Source: a virus
Strand: one strand, 5' to 3'
Virus record (IMG/VR): IMGVR_UViG_3300045412_000261
Coordinates: 78,582-142,581 of that record
DNA length: 64,000 nt
Shown here: piece after piece, positions 50,108 through 60,051 of the stretch
How positions within the stretch are numbered: the first letter of the stretch is position 1
Layout: the number at the start of each line of letters is the position of its first letter
Notes under the pieces: model-generated
Databases searched by the model: none
What the model saw: only the letters and a program-made list of their open reading frames with translations
Told to the model about the DNA's origin: nothing
Position numbers and translations under genes: made by a program

Positions 50108-50388
50108 TTAATTAGAGATTTTTTTAATTCTTTTTCTCTCTTTCTTTTATTTCTGGCGTACTCTACATATATTTCTCTATTTTTAGCATAGTACTCTTTT
50201 TGTTTTTCAATTAATTTTTCTTTGTTTTTTATGTAATATTTTTGCCTTCGTTTTCTTTCCTTTTGTCTAGCATATTCAGACATTGAATGATAATCAGCCA
50301 GTCTTTTTTTTCTGTGCTCTTCTTTTTTTTCTTCAGATAGATTAGCAAATCTATTTTTAAGATATTCTTTTTTGTCTTTTATAACCAT
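50089..50388 (-). CDS. Basic coiled-coil protein
   Basis: KEYY.KN.E repeats. Confidence 0.6.
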   Translation of the reverse strand: MVIKDKKEYLKNRFANLSEEKKEEHRKKRLADYHSMSEYARQKERKRRQKYYIKNKEKLIEKQKEYYAKNREIYVEYARNKRKREKELKKSLINLEITK

Positions 50389-50389
50389 G

Positions 50390-50947
50390 TTAATAAGCTT
50401 CTAGATGTGGGTTAATTAAGTTTTCTACTTTTTTTAATTCATCGTCTACTTCTTTAGAAAAATAACCATATACTCTGAGTGTACCGTATTTTATTTTTAT
50501 ATCAGTTATAAATAATCCTTTAGTAATATATTTAAAAGCAGAATGCAAGTGTTGGTCTCTGCATCTTACTATTGAGTTATCATTAGCAAACAAATGAAGA
50601 AGATTCAACACGAAGGCAGGACACCACCATGGTTTAGCTTTTTTTGCAACAAATATAATAAAATTTTCTAAGTATTCATATAAATCGGTCTCTTCTTTAA
50701 ATATGTTCCAGGAAACACCTATGTAGTTATATCTATATTCTCTGTCATTAGAGAAACATCTTAGGATATCTTTGAAGGCTACGGGAGGAAATTTATATCT
50801 TGCACCTCTGCTTGACATCGACCCAAACTTTTTTCTTAATTTATAAAATCCTATTTTATAAGTCACATAGGATTTAATATAGTAATACAGAATTATCGCG
50901 GGGATATAACCAATTACAACAATGAATAAAATAATTAAAATGTACAT
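50390..50947 (-). CDS. Hypothetical protein
   Basis: 185 aa; N-terminal hydrophobic segment; DIKIKYGTLRVY. Confidence 0.6.
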   Translation of the reverse strand: MYILIILFIVVIGYIPAIILYYYIKSYVTYKIGFYKLRKKFGSMSSRGARYKFPPVAFKDILRCFSNDREYRYNYIGVSWNIFKEETDLYEYLENFIIFVAKKAKPWWCPAFVLNLLHLFANDNSIVRCRDQHLHSAFKYITKGLFITDIKIKYGTLRVYGYFSKEVDDELKKVENLINPHLEAY

Positions 50948-51040
50948 AATAATAAATTTAAGTTAAACAATATCATTACACCGGATAGGAGTTTGTACTC
51001 CTGTCATAATTTTAAGAATAACGGCACATAAAGATGGCTT

Positions 51041-51352
51041 TTAGAGAGTTAATTTATTTAACAATTCCAATAAAACATCTCCATGGCATGCTTGTGGCTT
51101 ACACCAACATCCAAGAATTTTTCCACCTTTTAATTCATGTAAATCATCCAATAAATGTTTTCCTTCTCCATTTGTAATCCATTCCTTATAAGCATTGACA
51201 GCAGCATCCCTATCTTCCACTACATACTTAGCAAGCGTTTTTCCATCTTGTTTATGCGTGAAAGGATTCCCCCATTTACTAGGTCTTCCAATATATACAT
51301 CATATTTTTCTTTTTTACAATGAACAACTTTTGATTTAATTATCATATTCAT
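51041..51352 (-). CDS. DUF4326 family protein
   Basis: DVYIGRPSKWGNPF...LGCWCKPQACHGDVL. Confidence 0.85.
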   Translation of the reverse strand: MNMIIKSKVVHCKKEKYDVYIGRPSKWGNPFTHKQDGKTLAKYVVEDRDAAVNAYKEWITNGEGKHLLDDLHELKGGKILGCWCKPQACHGDVLLELLNKLTL

Positions 51353-51705
51353 TATTTATTTACAAGTTTACAATGCTCATTTATATAATCATATAATGAA
51401 TCAATATTATAACATATTGGAGTACCATCGACATCCCAAGCACCTGGTTCTTTATCTGGATACATCCATTTTTCAAAATTTAACTCATCAGGTGGAGAAT
51501 ACTCATATATATACCATGATATCCATTCTAATCCTTCTTCATTGTATTGAGATTTCATAGTTTCGATAAACATATCATAAACTAAATTATTTATTGGAAA
51601 TTTTTTATTATCTGTAATATCAAAACCGATAAAATATAAGTCGTATATATAATAGGTGATTTCGTAGTATTTTTTTACTATAAATTTAAAACTATCTTTA
51701 TTCAT
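51352..51705 (-). CDS. Hypothetical protein
   Basis: 117 aa ORF. Confidence 0.65.
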   Translation of the reverse strand: MNKDSFKFIVKKYYEITYYIYDLYFIGFDITDNKKFPINNLVYDMFIETMKSQYNEEGLEWISWYIYEYSPPDELNFEKWMYPDKEPGAWDVDGTPICYNIDSLYDYINEHCKLVNK

Positions 51706-51750
51706 GTTTTTATATAAATTTATAAAGTATAAAAATCACTTTTTAAAAAC

Positions 51751-52515
51751 CTATAATAGTTTACAAGAATCTTCATTGCGATTGTAATTACCTATTAATT
51801 TACCCGAACCGACTTTTCCATCTTCGATAATTAAATATTCTTGACTGGTACCTAGAGTATCAATATAGTAATATCTACCTCCTGTAGTTACTCCCTTAAT
51901 ATCTATGTTTTTTTGTTGAGTATGTCCTACAACCTGGATGTATTTTTTCCTAAAGGTGTCATAATTAGATTCTTGTAATGACTTAGGCCGAATCCATATA
52001 GGAGAAGATTCAACACTGTCTCCGTAAGGATCCCACCCTGCAAATTTAAAAGCTCGGGGGGAATTAATAAATAAATCATTAACAATAACATCAATATCAT
52101 TATTCATATCCACCTTCATCTTCTTACCCCAATACTCCAACCATTTATAACTAATTCCGGCATGACTAAATAAAAAATTATCCATCTTATAACACATAGA
52201 TAACTCTTTTATATTTTCCATTAATAACATTTGAATAGTATAATGATGTCCTCTTTGATGTCCTGAATATGTCTCATTAGCAAAAGGCATATAATGAAAG
52301 TCATGATTACCAATTAACATAATAACATCTGCCTTTGATTTATTCTTAAATTCAATTAAACGTTTAAAATTATCTAATTGAATTATAACTCTTATAGATT
52401 CATGTGTATCAAAGTAATCTCCTGCAAATATAAATTTATCTGCATCATTTTCTTTTTCAACAATTTTTTCCCATGATGTTCTACCATGAATGTCTCCAAT
52501 AATTACACTTTTCAT
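51751..52515 (-). CDS. Calcineurin-like metallophosphoesterase
   Basis: GDIHG, GDYFD, GNHD, HAG, VGHT. Confidence 0.9.
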   Translation of the reverse strand: MKSVIIGDIHGRTSWEKIVEKENDADKFIFAGDYFDTHESIRVIIQLDNFKRLIEFKNKSKADVIMLIGNHDFHYMPFANETYSGHQRGHHYTIQMLLMENIKELSMCYKMDNFLFSHAGISYKWLEYWGKKMKVDMNNDIDVIVNDLFINSPRAFKFAGWDPYGDSVESSPIWIRPKSLQESNYDTFRKKYIQVVGHTQQKNIDIKGVTTGGRYYYIDTLGTSQEYLIIEDGKVGSGKLIGNYNRNEDSCKLL

Positions 52516-52516
52516 A

Positions 52517-52702
52517 TCATCTTTTTAAAACAAACCAATCATCAGTAAAAAACTTAACGATAGGCTTTGCTAGATTACTAAAACATTTTTCATACATTTC
52601 GTGTCTTGACTTCTTAATTTCCATTTTAATCTCAAATAGTCGATTAGGATTATCTGTATCGACTAATTCATTATTTATAGCTTTGCAATCTCTTTCATCC
52701 AT
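52517..52702 (-). CDS. Hypothetical protein
   Basis: 61 aa, abuts next gene. Confidence 0.5.
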   Translation of the reverse strand: MDERDCKAINNELVDTDNPNRLFEIKMEIKKSRHEMYEKCFSNLAKPIVKFFTDDWFVLKR

Positions 52703-52772
52703 AATATTTTAATTTAATTTTAGTAATATAAATACGCTACTGAAAGTAAGTCGTAAACCAATAGATAGAACC

Positions 52773-53039
52773 TTAACTACCATCGTCAAGAAATTCATTA
52801 GCTACTCTTATGGCAACTTGTTCAGAATTTATTTCTATTTTTTGCTTGTAGTTTGTATTAACCACCCAATCCCCAAACATACCTTTTGTAAGCACTTGCA
52901 AAAAGTATTCATACCCTTTTTGTATTAGGCTTTTTTGTCTAAATATCTGAACTTTACGGTTGTTATTTTTTATTTCTCTGTACAACATTTTTATATTTGT
53001 TTGTGAACAGGTTGAGATTCTAACCCTTTTAGTATTCAT
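52773..53039 (-). CDS. Hypothetical protein
   Basis: 88 aa ORF. Confidence 0.55.
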   Translation of the reverse strand: MNTKRVRISTCSQTNIKMLYREIKNNNRKVQIFRQKSLIQKGYEYFLQVLTKGMFGDWVVNTNYKQKIEINSEQVAIRVANEFLDDGS

Positions 53040-53169
53040 TTTGTGTATAATTATAAATATACCTCAATCATCTCTTATTACTATTAACTTTTTGAAACCG
53101 AAAAATAAAGATGCAAATCACGATTCTTTTTTTGGTTAGAGTTTATGGCTTGCATTTTAAATTTATGTC

Positions 53170-53796
53170 TTATTCGTCGAAATGTCTTATTAGTCGAATA
53201 ACATCCCATGCATCCAATAAAGAATTATGACTAACATCATCATCCATATCAGCTCTCATCTTACATATATCTAAAGAAGGCAACATATCAGAATCTTTCA
53301 TTACATCAAAATATAAAATTGCGGGGTCAATCACTCTTTTATTAACATAAATAGATTCCTTCCATCCAGGAACATTATTCAAAAATAACATGTCAAACAT
53401 AGCAAAGTTTTTTCCAGCTACATTTATAACATATTTTTTAGATTTACAATCAGCTTTAATTCCATTAGCATGTAAAAATGAAGTAAAAGATGAAGCCAAT
53501 GAAAAATATTCTACGAAAATGTAATTCCAATTAAGGTGAACATTATGTAAATCCTTTAACTTATAATAATCCTCATTTTCTAAATAATTCGAAATGTTTT
53601 TAATTAAATCTACATTCATCAATAATGCTTTCGGAGATCCTTTAATACGTCTATGAATAACAGTAGCATAAAACTTAGGACAATCATCAAATGATAACAT
53701 TTTACTTGTATCTTCAATGATTGCTCCAAATGATAGGATTTGATCTTTCTTAGGATTCAACCCACTTGTTTCAATATCAATACTAACATACAACAT
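53170..53796 (-). CDS. DEDDh 3'-5' exonuclease
   Basis: SIDIETSG, GKNFAMFD, HNSLLDA. Confidence 0.85.
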   Translation of the reverse strand: MLYVSIDIETSGLNPKKDQILSFGAIIEDTSKMLSFDDCPKFYATVIHRRIKGSPKALLMNVDLIKNISNYLENEDYYKLKDLHNVHLNWNYIFVEYFSLASSFTSFLHANGIKADCKSKKYVINVAGKNFAMFDMLFLNNVPGWKESIYVNKRVIDPAILYFDVMKDSDMLPSLDICKMRADMDDDVSHNSLLDAWDVIRLIRHFDE

Positions 53797-53810
53797 GATA
53801 TAAGATTTAA

Positions 53811-54083
53811 TTAGTTATATTCTGGAAGCCTACAAATGTGAGGAGGTAAAACCGTGGGGGCTAACAATACATTATGATACTTACATGCTTGTCCCAATCC
53901 ATTACCTCTAAAATCAATAAAAATATATCTATCATTAAATGAAGTAATGGTACCATGCTCATATTGAACATTAACATTTTTCCAATCTTCTTTATACCAA
54001 ACCTTTCTCCCAATAAGACTTTCATTTATAGAATCTGGAAAAACTCTTTTAGGCGTTAAACCATGATAATCAAAATCGTCCAT
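53811..54083 (-). CDS. Hypothetical protein (SH3-like)
   Basis: IGRKVWY...GTITSFND.YIF. Confidence 0.55.
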   Translation of the reverse strand: MDDFDYHGLTPKRVFPDSINESLIGRKVWYKEDWKNVNVQYEHGTITSFNDRYIFIDFRGNGLGQACKYHNVLLAPTVLPPHICRLPEYN

Positions 54084-54089
54084 AATTAT

Positions 54090-54287
54090 TTATTTTTTTG
54101 TACTTTTAACATACATAATAACAGATATTAGTCCCGCAAATATTAATAGAACAACTAGCGGAAGCCACAGAGGAGACATAACCCACCACCAAGACCAATC
54201 TATATAATTAGTAAGTTTTAAGGCAATGAATAAAATAGTTAACATACCTAGGAAACTAATGCCTGAACTAGAGGAGTTTTTAGACAT
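54090..54287 (-). CDS. Small two-TM phage membrane protein
   Basis: LTILFIALKLT..IDWSWWWV.SPLW. Confidence 0.75.
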   Translation of the reverse strand: MSKNSSSSGISFLGMLTILFIALKLTNYIDWSWWWVMSPLWLPLVVLLIFAGLISVIMYVKSTKK

Positions 54288-54319
54288 GATAAAAAATTTA
54301 AAGGTGAAATAATAATATG

Positions 54320-54350
54320 CAAATATATGAATAAAAATGACAAAAACAAA
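54320..54350 (-). promoter_or_regulatory. Bacteroidota-type promoter
   Basis: TTTG-N19-TATATTTG. Confidence 0.75.
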
Positions 54351-54365
54351 TTATTTTACAATTTT

Positions 54366-54857
54366 TTAATTAATTCCTCCTTTGTCGATTGTAGAGAAGA
54401 ATATTAAATCATTGAATGACCTATGATTTTCAATAGCCTCTCGCTTGAATGGTCTCGTAGATTCAATGTATTTTATTAACATGTGATTCTTTACTATAAA
54501 ATGTATAGCTTCAATGTCTGTACCCCCGAAAGACAGAATCCAATCTTTATACTGTAAGACATACTCTGCTGATTTATGTTCATGGCCATAAGCAGTTGGC
54601 TGTCCTGTTTTTTCGTTTATACCATAGGTTTCCATTTTTCCTAAATCGTGAAACAGAGCTGCCATTATTATATTAGGATTATCCGGATACTTTTCATAAG
54701 CTCTTCGCAATACTACAATAATATGCTTTAATGTATTTCCCTCTGGGTGCCATATTACGTTTTGTTTAGCACCCCATTGATTGAACAATAGCTCTTTCAA
54801 TGTCCTAGGTGATTCTGAAATTAAATGCTTATAAGATGCTGGAAGTTCTTTTTTCAT
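54366..54857 (-). CDS. HD-domain phosphohydrolase
   Basis: WHPEG...H, ALFHDLGK, GHE..SA, NHM motifs; start likely ATG 54857. Confidence 0.8.
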   Translation of the reverse strand: MKKELPASYKHLISESPRTLKELLFNQWGAKQNVIWHPEGNTLKHIIVVLRRAYEKYPDNPNIIMAALFHDLGKMETYGINEKTGQPTAYGHEHKSAEYVLQYKDWILSFGGTDIEAIHFIVKNHMLIKYIESTRPFKREAIENHRSFNDLIFFSTIDKGGIN

Positions 54858-54899
54858 AATTTTACCATTAATTTTTTTACTTTTGCGCGGGGAACTCAC

Positions 54900-55895
54900 A
54901 TAATATCATCACCCCAGCAATATGATTAATAATAATAACAATCATTACATCAATAACATGAACACAAATATACAACATAAAAAAATAATATCCAAATAAA
55001 ACATAATAAAAAAAATAAAAAACATTAAAATAATAACATGATAATCTAAATCAATACATTAATAAAACATGATAATCTAAATTAAATAAAAAAAATATTA
55101 TTATAAAATAACATCCCTATCCCAATCAAGACAACATTTTAATAAGATATATAATGATAAATGAAATCTTGATGAACATGATAGTCACATGAATGGATAT
55201 ATGATAAATGAAATAAAATGATAAAAATAAAATCAATAAATCAATCACATGTAAGAGCATTACTGGAAATGAAATGCAGACATGAGGAAATGAGCAACAA
55301 AAAATGCGTTCTATAATGTAAGTTAAATTGTAGTGCATTGTGTTTTTGTATGGGGGCAATCTCGAGGTTTTGAGCCAAATTTTTTCATCGACCTCCTCTA
55401 TTTCGCACATATTTGGCTTCTAACAGACTTTGTACTGTACCCTTACTTAAGTTCCACTCACTATGAGAAGATGCAGCAGAATGAACGATAGATGCCTTAG
55501 AAATGATTTTTAGATGTCTCATTAAAAAGCATTGTAAACATATATTTAATTTCATAATATCACTTGTTTAGATGATAAAAAGCATGAATAATGATGGATT
55601 TTTGCTACATTGCGTACATTTTTTCATCGTTTTGTTCATTTTTTCCATCATTTTGTTTAATTTTTAATCATTTTGTGCATTTTTTAGGCATTTTGCTGTG
55701 CATTTTTAAGAATATTGATAAAAAACATCATTGATTATCAACATTTTACATTTTTTTATATTTTTTTGTGGCCAGTGAGATAGAATAAAATGCATCTTTT
55801 TGGTTTAATTGGCATGTTTGAAATTAAGATGCCATTGAAAATCAATCATTTACATTTTTTTTATATTTTTTTGTGGCCAGTGAGATAGAACTTAT
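54900..55895. other. Long non-coding region with A-to-T skew switch, ACATG cluster, phased T-tracts and direct repeats (candidate origin or packaging site)
   Basis: No credible ORF; see findings. Confidence 0.5.
55745..55890. repeat. Direct repeat of about 41 bp (55745-55785 and 55849-55890)
   Basis: TTTACAT7-8ATAT7GTGGCCAGTGAGATAGAA twice. Confidence 0.85.
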
Positions 55896-55928
55896 AAAAA
55901 AAGGAGACCAACTTGCGTCGGTCTCCTT
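55896..55928 (-). terminator. Intrinsic terminator with GCAA tetraloop
   Basis: Minus strand AAGGAGACCGAC-GCAA-GTTGGTCTCCTTTTTTT. Confidence 0.85.
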
Positions 55929-55942
55929 CCCACACGCAACCA

Positions 55943-56128
55943 TTAACCAATTATGTCTATGATACATGCGATGGATAGAGCCACTCCGGAGAACAATAGC
56001 AATGTTCCGGGTACTTTCTTTTCCCATGGAGAACTTACTTTAGCTTTGTCGGCCAAGATAACTAATCCCATAATCATAAAGATAACAGAAAAGATAGCTA
56101 AAACAATTAAAACAGTTGTCGGTAACAT
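55943..56128 (-). CDS. Small two-TM membrane protein
   Basis: Two hydrophobic helices; followed by terminator. Confidence 0.6.
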   Translation of the reverse strand: MLPTTVLIVLAIFSVIFMIMGLVILADKAKVSSPWEKKVPGTLLLFSGVALSIACIIDIIG

Positions 56129-56172
56129 TTGAAAAAGATTTAATGGTTATGTTAAAATTAATTCATGTGATA

Positions 56173-56580
56173 TTAGAATGGAAGATCGTCATCACTTAGA
56201 GTAGATGAAGATTCTACCGGTGCTGTTAGAAATACATCATCGAACTTATTTTCTTTTGGGGCTGTCTTTTGTTTTGGAGCCGGAGCTGATTTTGCTATAG
56301 TTGATGTTTGGCCTTTAGCTTCGTCTTTCTTATAGGTGTCGATACTAATGGCATGGGTCCTGTACTTATCATCTTCTCTTACTTCTTTTAGAGGCCATGC
56401 GATAAGCGGGAGATATTTCTTGCCGGTCTTCTCTGACACATAAATGAATTGAGTTACATCCGGATCATTCATACACATTTCGAACAGGTCTGTGATACAT
56501 ATACTCATACCAAAGCCGGTCGAATCTTTTGTTGTGATTAGTCTGCCATTACCTACAAACTTTTTGCTTTTCTGTTCCAT
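56173..56580 (-). CDS. Probable ssDNA-binding protein
   Basis: GKKYL core, flexible tail ending DDDLPF. Confidence 0.55.
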   Translation of the reverse strand: MEQKSKKFVGNGRLITTKDSTGFGMSICITDLFEMCMNDPDVTQFIYVSEKTGKKYLPLIAWPLKEVREDDKYRTHAISIDTYKKDEAKGQTSTIAKSAPAPKQKTAPKENKFDDVFLTAPVESSSTLSDDDLPF

Positions 56581-56589
56581 GATAGTTTA

Positions 56590-56898
56590 TTAATGGGTTG
56601 CACCCTGTTTATTAATGTTTTTAAATTTCTCAATCTCTTTAATCATTCTTTGAGTAATCCATGGGTATAATTTACCATTCTCTTCCATGCTTACTATGTT
56701 TATGTTACCGGTTGGGGTATGAATCATTCCCATGTACTCCATGTATTGTTTAAGAACCGGATTAAAGTCACCGGTTAAAACATACAATTCAATTCCGTCG
56801 GTTTGAAGTCGTTTACCGCAGTATCTAACGCCGTTCATCCTAATTGAAAGTGCGTCGTTGAATCTTTCTTTAAATGTCTCCGAAGTCATCGTATTCAT
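56590..56898 (-). CDS. Hypothetical protein
   Basis: 102 aa ORF in operon. Confidence 0.6.
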   Translation of the reverse strand: MNTMTSETFKERFNDALSIRMNGVRYCGKRLQTDGIELYVLTGDFNPVLKQYMEYMGMIHTPTGNINIVSMEENGKLYPWITQRMIKEIEKFKNINKQGATH

Positions 56899-57223
56899 CT
56901 TTTACGAATTCTTTATTGAGTGAGTACATGTAGTAAGACTTAGTCGTTTCTTTAGCTACACCGTATATTTCCTCCTGGCTTTTCTTTAGCTTTAGTTCCT
57001 TCTCCATGTTCTGTACTTCCGGAGAATAGGAATAAGTATTTCTGTTCACTTTAGATACCGTTACTAATGAAGTAGTAAAGGAGTCGACGTTGTCTTTACT
57101 AAGTGCCTCTTGTATCTGTTTCTTATAGACCTCTTCCTTAGCTTCTAGATCCTTCCTCTGTCGGATTATTAGAGCCGTTCTATTTACTAGGTCTTTTAAT
57201 TCTTGTTCTCCCATGTTTATCAT
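56870..57223 (-). CDS. Hypothetical coiled-coil protein (weak Gp157-like resemblance)
   Basis: Start moved to ATG 57223, downstream of promoter. Confidence 0.55.
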   Translation of the reverse strand: MINMGEQELKDLVNRTALIIRQRKDLEAKEEVYKKQIQEALSKDNVDSFTTSLVTVSKVNRNTYSYSPEVQNMEKELKLKKSQEEIYGVAKETTKSYYMYSLNKEFVKDEYDDFGDI

Positions 57224-57235
57224 TTTAATATGCTG

Positions 57236-57267
57236 CAAAGATAATACATTCTTTTGACATATGCAAG
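57236..57267 (-). promoter_or_regulatory. Bacteroidota-type promoter
   Basis: TTG-N20-TATCTTTG. Confidence 0.7.
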
Positions 57268-57364
57268 CCCCGGCGAATATTTTTTTCCATATATTTTTTC
57301 GAGTCTGTTCTAAATGCGTTCCTTAATTTTCCGCGGGGACATATTTTCCATCCCAGCTATTAAT

Positions 57365-57775
57365 TTATTCCGGTAGGGTTAATATTCCTTTACATGATTT
57401 ATAATATTTTCCTTTTTCAGAATCAATATTAATCTCATGATTTATTTCATCTATGAATTCTTTTAATTTTGGAACTTTTACATTTTCAGATACTTTCTTC
57501 ATGTAATCTAAAAATGCTTTTGTTTCATCTTTCGTTTTAACTAAGAATGCCTGCATGTTTTTATCATCATCTTCGAACAATGGAAAGAAGAATACATTTG
57601 TTTCATCATTTGGATCTTCTAATAGTAAGTAAGCCGTACATAGATAATTGGAATCTGGAAATGTTTTAATAGATGTAATGACATGATTGAATATCTGCAT
57701 ATCACTATCTATAGCATCTCCTAATGATAATGAATCTAATGATAGAAGATTTTCTACTCTTAAATTTTTTGACAT
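57365..57775 (-). CDS. Hypothetical protein
   Basis: 136 aa ORF. Confidence 0.65.
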   Translation of the reverse strand: MSKNLRVENLLSLDSLSLGDAIDSDMQIFNHVITSIKTFPDSNYLCTAYLLLEDPNDETNVFFFPLFEDDDKNMQAFLVKTKDETKAFLDYMKKVSENVKVPKLKEFIDEINHEINIDSEKGKYYKSCKGILTLPE

Positions 57776-57787
57776 GTAAGGAATGTT

Positions 57788-58126
57788 TTAATTGGTTAAT
57801 AAAAAGAATTTCACCGCCGAAAGTAGATCTCGGAAAGACTTGTAGGTTCCTCCATCGAAGTCATACCGTTTCTTCTTTGGATCATACATAACTTCTCTCT
57901 CCTTACCGTTGAAAGACATTATGATATTATTTCTTTTTGGTACCACATAGGCTAACATGTAATTTATACTGGTTACAAATTCTTGGTGCCTACTTACTAT
58001 AACGTACTCGCGTCTATCTTCATCGGGCACAAACAGAACCGTATTGTTTACTACACAATTGATCGGTTCCTGTCCGTATGATATAAACGATAGTAGGACT
58101 AAAAAGGTTGAAAGAATTGATTTCAT
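57788..58126 (-). CDS. Exported hypothetical protein
   Basis: Signal peptide MKSILSTFLVLLSFISYGQ ending in Gln. Confidence 0.65.
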   Translation of the reverse strand: MKSILSTFLVLLSFISYGQEPINCVVNNTVLFVPDEDRREYVIVSRHQEFVTSINYMLAYVVPKRNNIIMSFNGKEREVMYDPKKKRYDFDGGTYKSFRDLLSAVKFFLLTN

Positions 58127-58216
58127 ATAATTGTTTGGTTGTTTTTAAAAAGGAAGACAGGAGTAACCGGGGAGGTCAGAGCCCGTCTTCTAAAATGCAC
58201 CACTTAAACTTTGTTC

Positions 58217-59209
58217 TTACTCACCGGTCTGTTCCATTATAATCCGGTGATCTGTATCGTCTATTGAATCATACCATTTTAAAAACCGTTTGATTCCTTC
58301 TTTGTATTCTACTTTAGGTTCGTAGCCAAGTCTTCTTAGAGGTGTTATGTCGGATGCGGTGAAGTAAACGTCTCCGTCTTGCATAGGTTGAAAATTCCGG
58401 CGGGCCTCCTTTCCAATCTCTTTCTCCAGAACATCAATAACATCTAAAATTTTAACACTCTCATTACTCCCTACATTATATAACATGTACTTAACATCTG
58501 TTTCATTTTTAATCACAATATTAATCCCATCAATAATATCATCAATGTAAGTAAATCCTCTATACATCTCTCCATTATTATAAATGTCAATAGGAATGTT
58601 ATTATGAATCCTATATGCAAATTTATACATCATCATATCAGGCCTACCCCATGGACCATACACTGTAAAGAATCTAAGACCTGTAGTACGCATGTTGAAC
58701 AAATGACTATATACATGTGCCGTCAATTCATTCATCTTCTTAGTTGCTGCATAAAATGATACCGGCACATCTGTTCTATCATCTGTACTAAATGCTATAT
58801 CCATGTTATTTCCCATTCCATATACACTTGAACTAGATGCATACACTAAATGATTTACTTCATATTTCTTACATGCTTCTATAATGTTCAAGAATCCCTG
58901 GACATTTGATCGGGCAAATAAATCCGGATTCTTGACGCTGGCTCTAACTCCGGCCTGGCCTGCTAAGTTCACTACTATATCAAACTTGTGCAGAGAGAAA
59001 ATAATTTCTACTTTCTTCTTATCTGCTATGTCCAAGTTATAATAGCTTATGTCTCTTAGCTCTGGGCGATTGAATCTCATAGAGTTTAATAACTGGGTAT
59101 CGCTACCATCAAAGAAGTCCACACCTATCACTTTGTGGCATTGGGTTAACATAGAATGCGCTATATGACTTCCAATGAATCCTGCGACACCCGTTATTAG
59201 TACTTTCAT
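58217..59209 (-). CDS. NAD-dependent nucleotide-sugar epimerase (UDP-glucuronate 4-epimerase-like)
   Basis: LITGVAGFIG, NLAGQAGVR, ASSSSVYG, YAATK, LRFFTVYGPWGRPDM. Confidence 0.9.
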   Translation of the reverse strand: MKVLITGVAGFIGSHIAHSMLTQCHKVIGVDFFDGSDTQLLNSMRFNRPELRDISYYNLDIADKKKVEIIFSLHKFDIVVNLAGQAGVRASVKNPDLFARSNVQGFLNIIEACKKYEVNHLVYASSSSVYGMGNNMDIAFSTDDRTDVPVSFYAATKKMNELTAHVYSHLFNMRTTGLRFFTVYGPWGRPDMMMYKFAYRIHNNIPIDIYNNGEMYRGFTYIDDIIDGINIVIKNETDVKYMLYNVGSNESVKILDVIDVLEKEIGKEARRNFQPMQDGDVYFTASDITPLRRLGYEPKVEYKEGIKRFLKWYDSIDDTDHRIIMEQTGE

Positions 59210-59219
59210 GCTACTGCTA

Positions 59220-59927
59220 CTATTGAACATTTGTGATAGAAAATTTAAAAAGTTTTTCCACCGCTTTCTTACTACCTGTATCTTGGGTCAAAGAACTTAC
59301 TATTTCCTTTTGCCAAACGCACTCAAAATCATTAGGTGCATTATATTCAGATACAAATACAATGTGTCCTTTACTTGCCATATCCCTGCACCATTGCCAA
59401 AAAACAACATGATTAAAGTCGTCTTTGTATTTTGTTGTTCCCTCGTATGGTGGGTCGCAATAAATCAAGCTGTTGTCAGGTATCTGTAAATCTAAATAGC
59501 TTTCGTTTACAAATTTTACACCTTGCAATAAAGGGCTTTGATTTATTGCGTTTTTGTAACTTTCATGTACATAATCACGTTTACCAAGTCCATCTCTACA
59601 CCATCCGCCAAGCCATTTACCGCTATAAGAAAAAGCAAAACCTGCATATCCTTTGTATTTATAATTATCGCTTTTTCTTAATTGCTTGTAATCTTCTTCA
59701 GTAAATTCTTTGTTGTTTTTTGGCAAATCTACAACACAATCTCTAATGGCAATTAAGGCATTAATCAAATAAGGGTTTATATCTGCACCTATTCTTTTGC
59801 CTTGTACCTTATCAATCATATTTGCTCCGCCAACAAAAGGTTCAACCCAAGTTCTTTGCCCTCGTTCTTTTAACATTATCGGTAGTATTTCTTTTGCTAT
59901 CCGATTTTTACTTCCCATATATTTCAT
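59220..59927 (-). CDS. DNA adenine methyltransferase (D12 class)
   Basis: YMGSK, EPFVGG, YCDPPY, VSEY. Confidence 0.85.
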   Translation of the reverse strand: MKYMGSKNRIAKEILPIMLKERGQRTWVEPFVGGANMIDKVQGKRIGADINPYLINALIAIRDCVVDLPKNNKEFTEEDYKQLRKSDNYKYKGYAGFAFSYSGKWLGGWCRDGLGKRDYVHESYKNAINQSPLLQGVKFVNESYLDLQIPDNSLIYCDPPYEGTTKYKDDFNHVVFWQWCRDMASKGHIVFVSEYNAPNDFECVWQKEIVSSLTQDTGSKKAVEKLFKFSITNVQ

Positions 59928-59964
59928 ACTCTAAAACTTTTTAATTTTTCTTTTCGTTTTCAAA

Positions 59965-60051
59965 TTAAAATCCTGCTAAATAAACCGCACCATCAAGTAA
60001 CACGGGTTTGGCAAAATTGCCGTTTTCGTTTTCAAATGAACTTTCTGTCAT
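59965..60051 (-). CDS. 28-aa mini-ORF starting inside attC-like element A
   Basis: MTESSFENENGNFAKPVLLDGAVYLAGF*; same frame across the arm as the ORFs in elements B, C and D. Confidence 0.3.
   Translation of the reverse strand: MTESSFENENGNFAKPVLLDGAVYLAGF

Noticed and set aside
50975-51040. Small hairpin and TAACGGCAC motif as another attC-like site
   Set aside because: No partner arm or complementary cassette end was found; too weak to call.
55126-55410. 94-aa ORF (also 20547..20753 and 55842..56027)
   Set aside because: Low-complexity translations of non-coding, ACATG-rich or terminator-containing DNA.
59220-59950. IS element bounded by the inverted repeat around the MTase
   Set aside because: No transposase and no evident target-site duplication.
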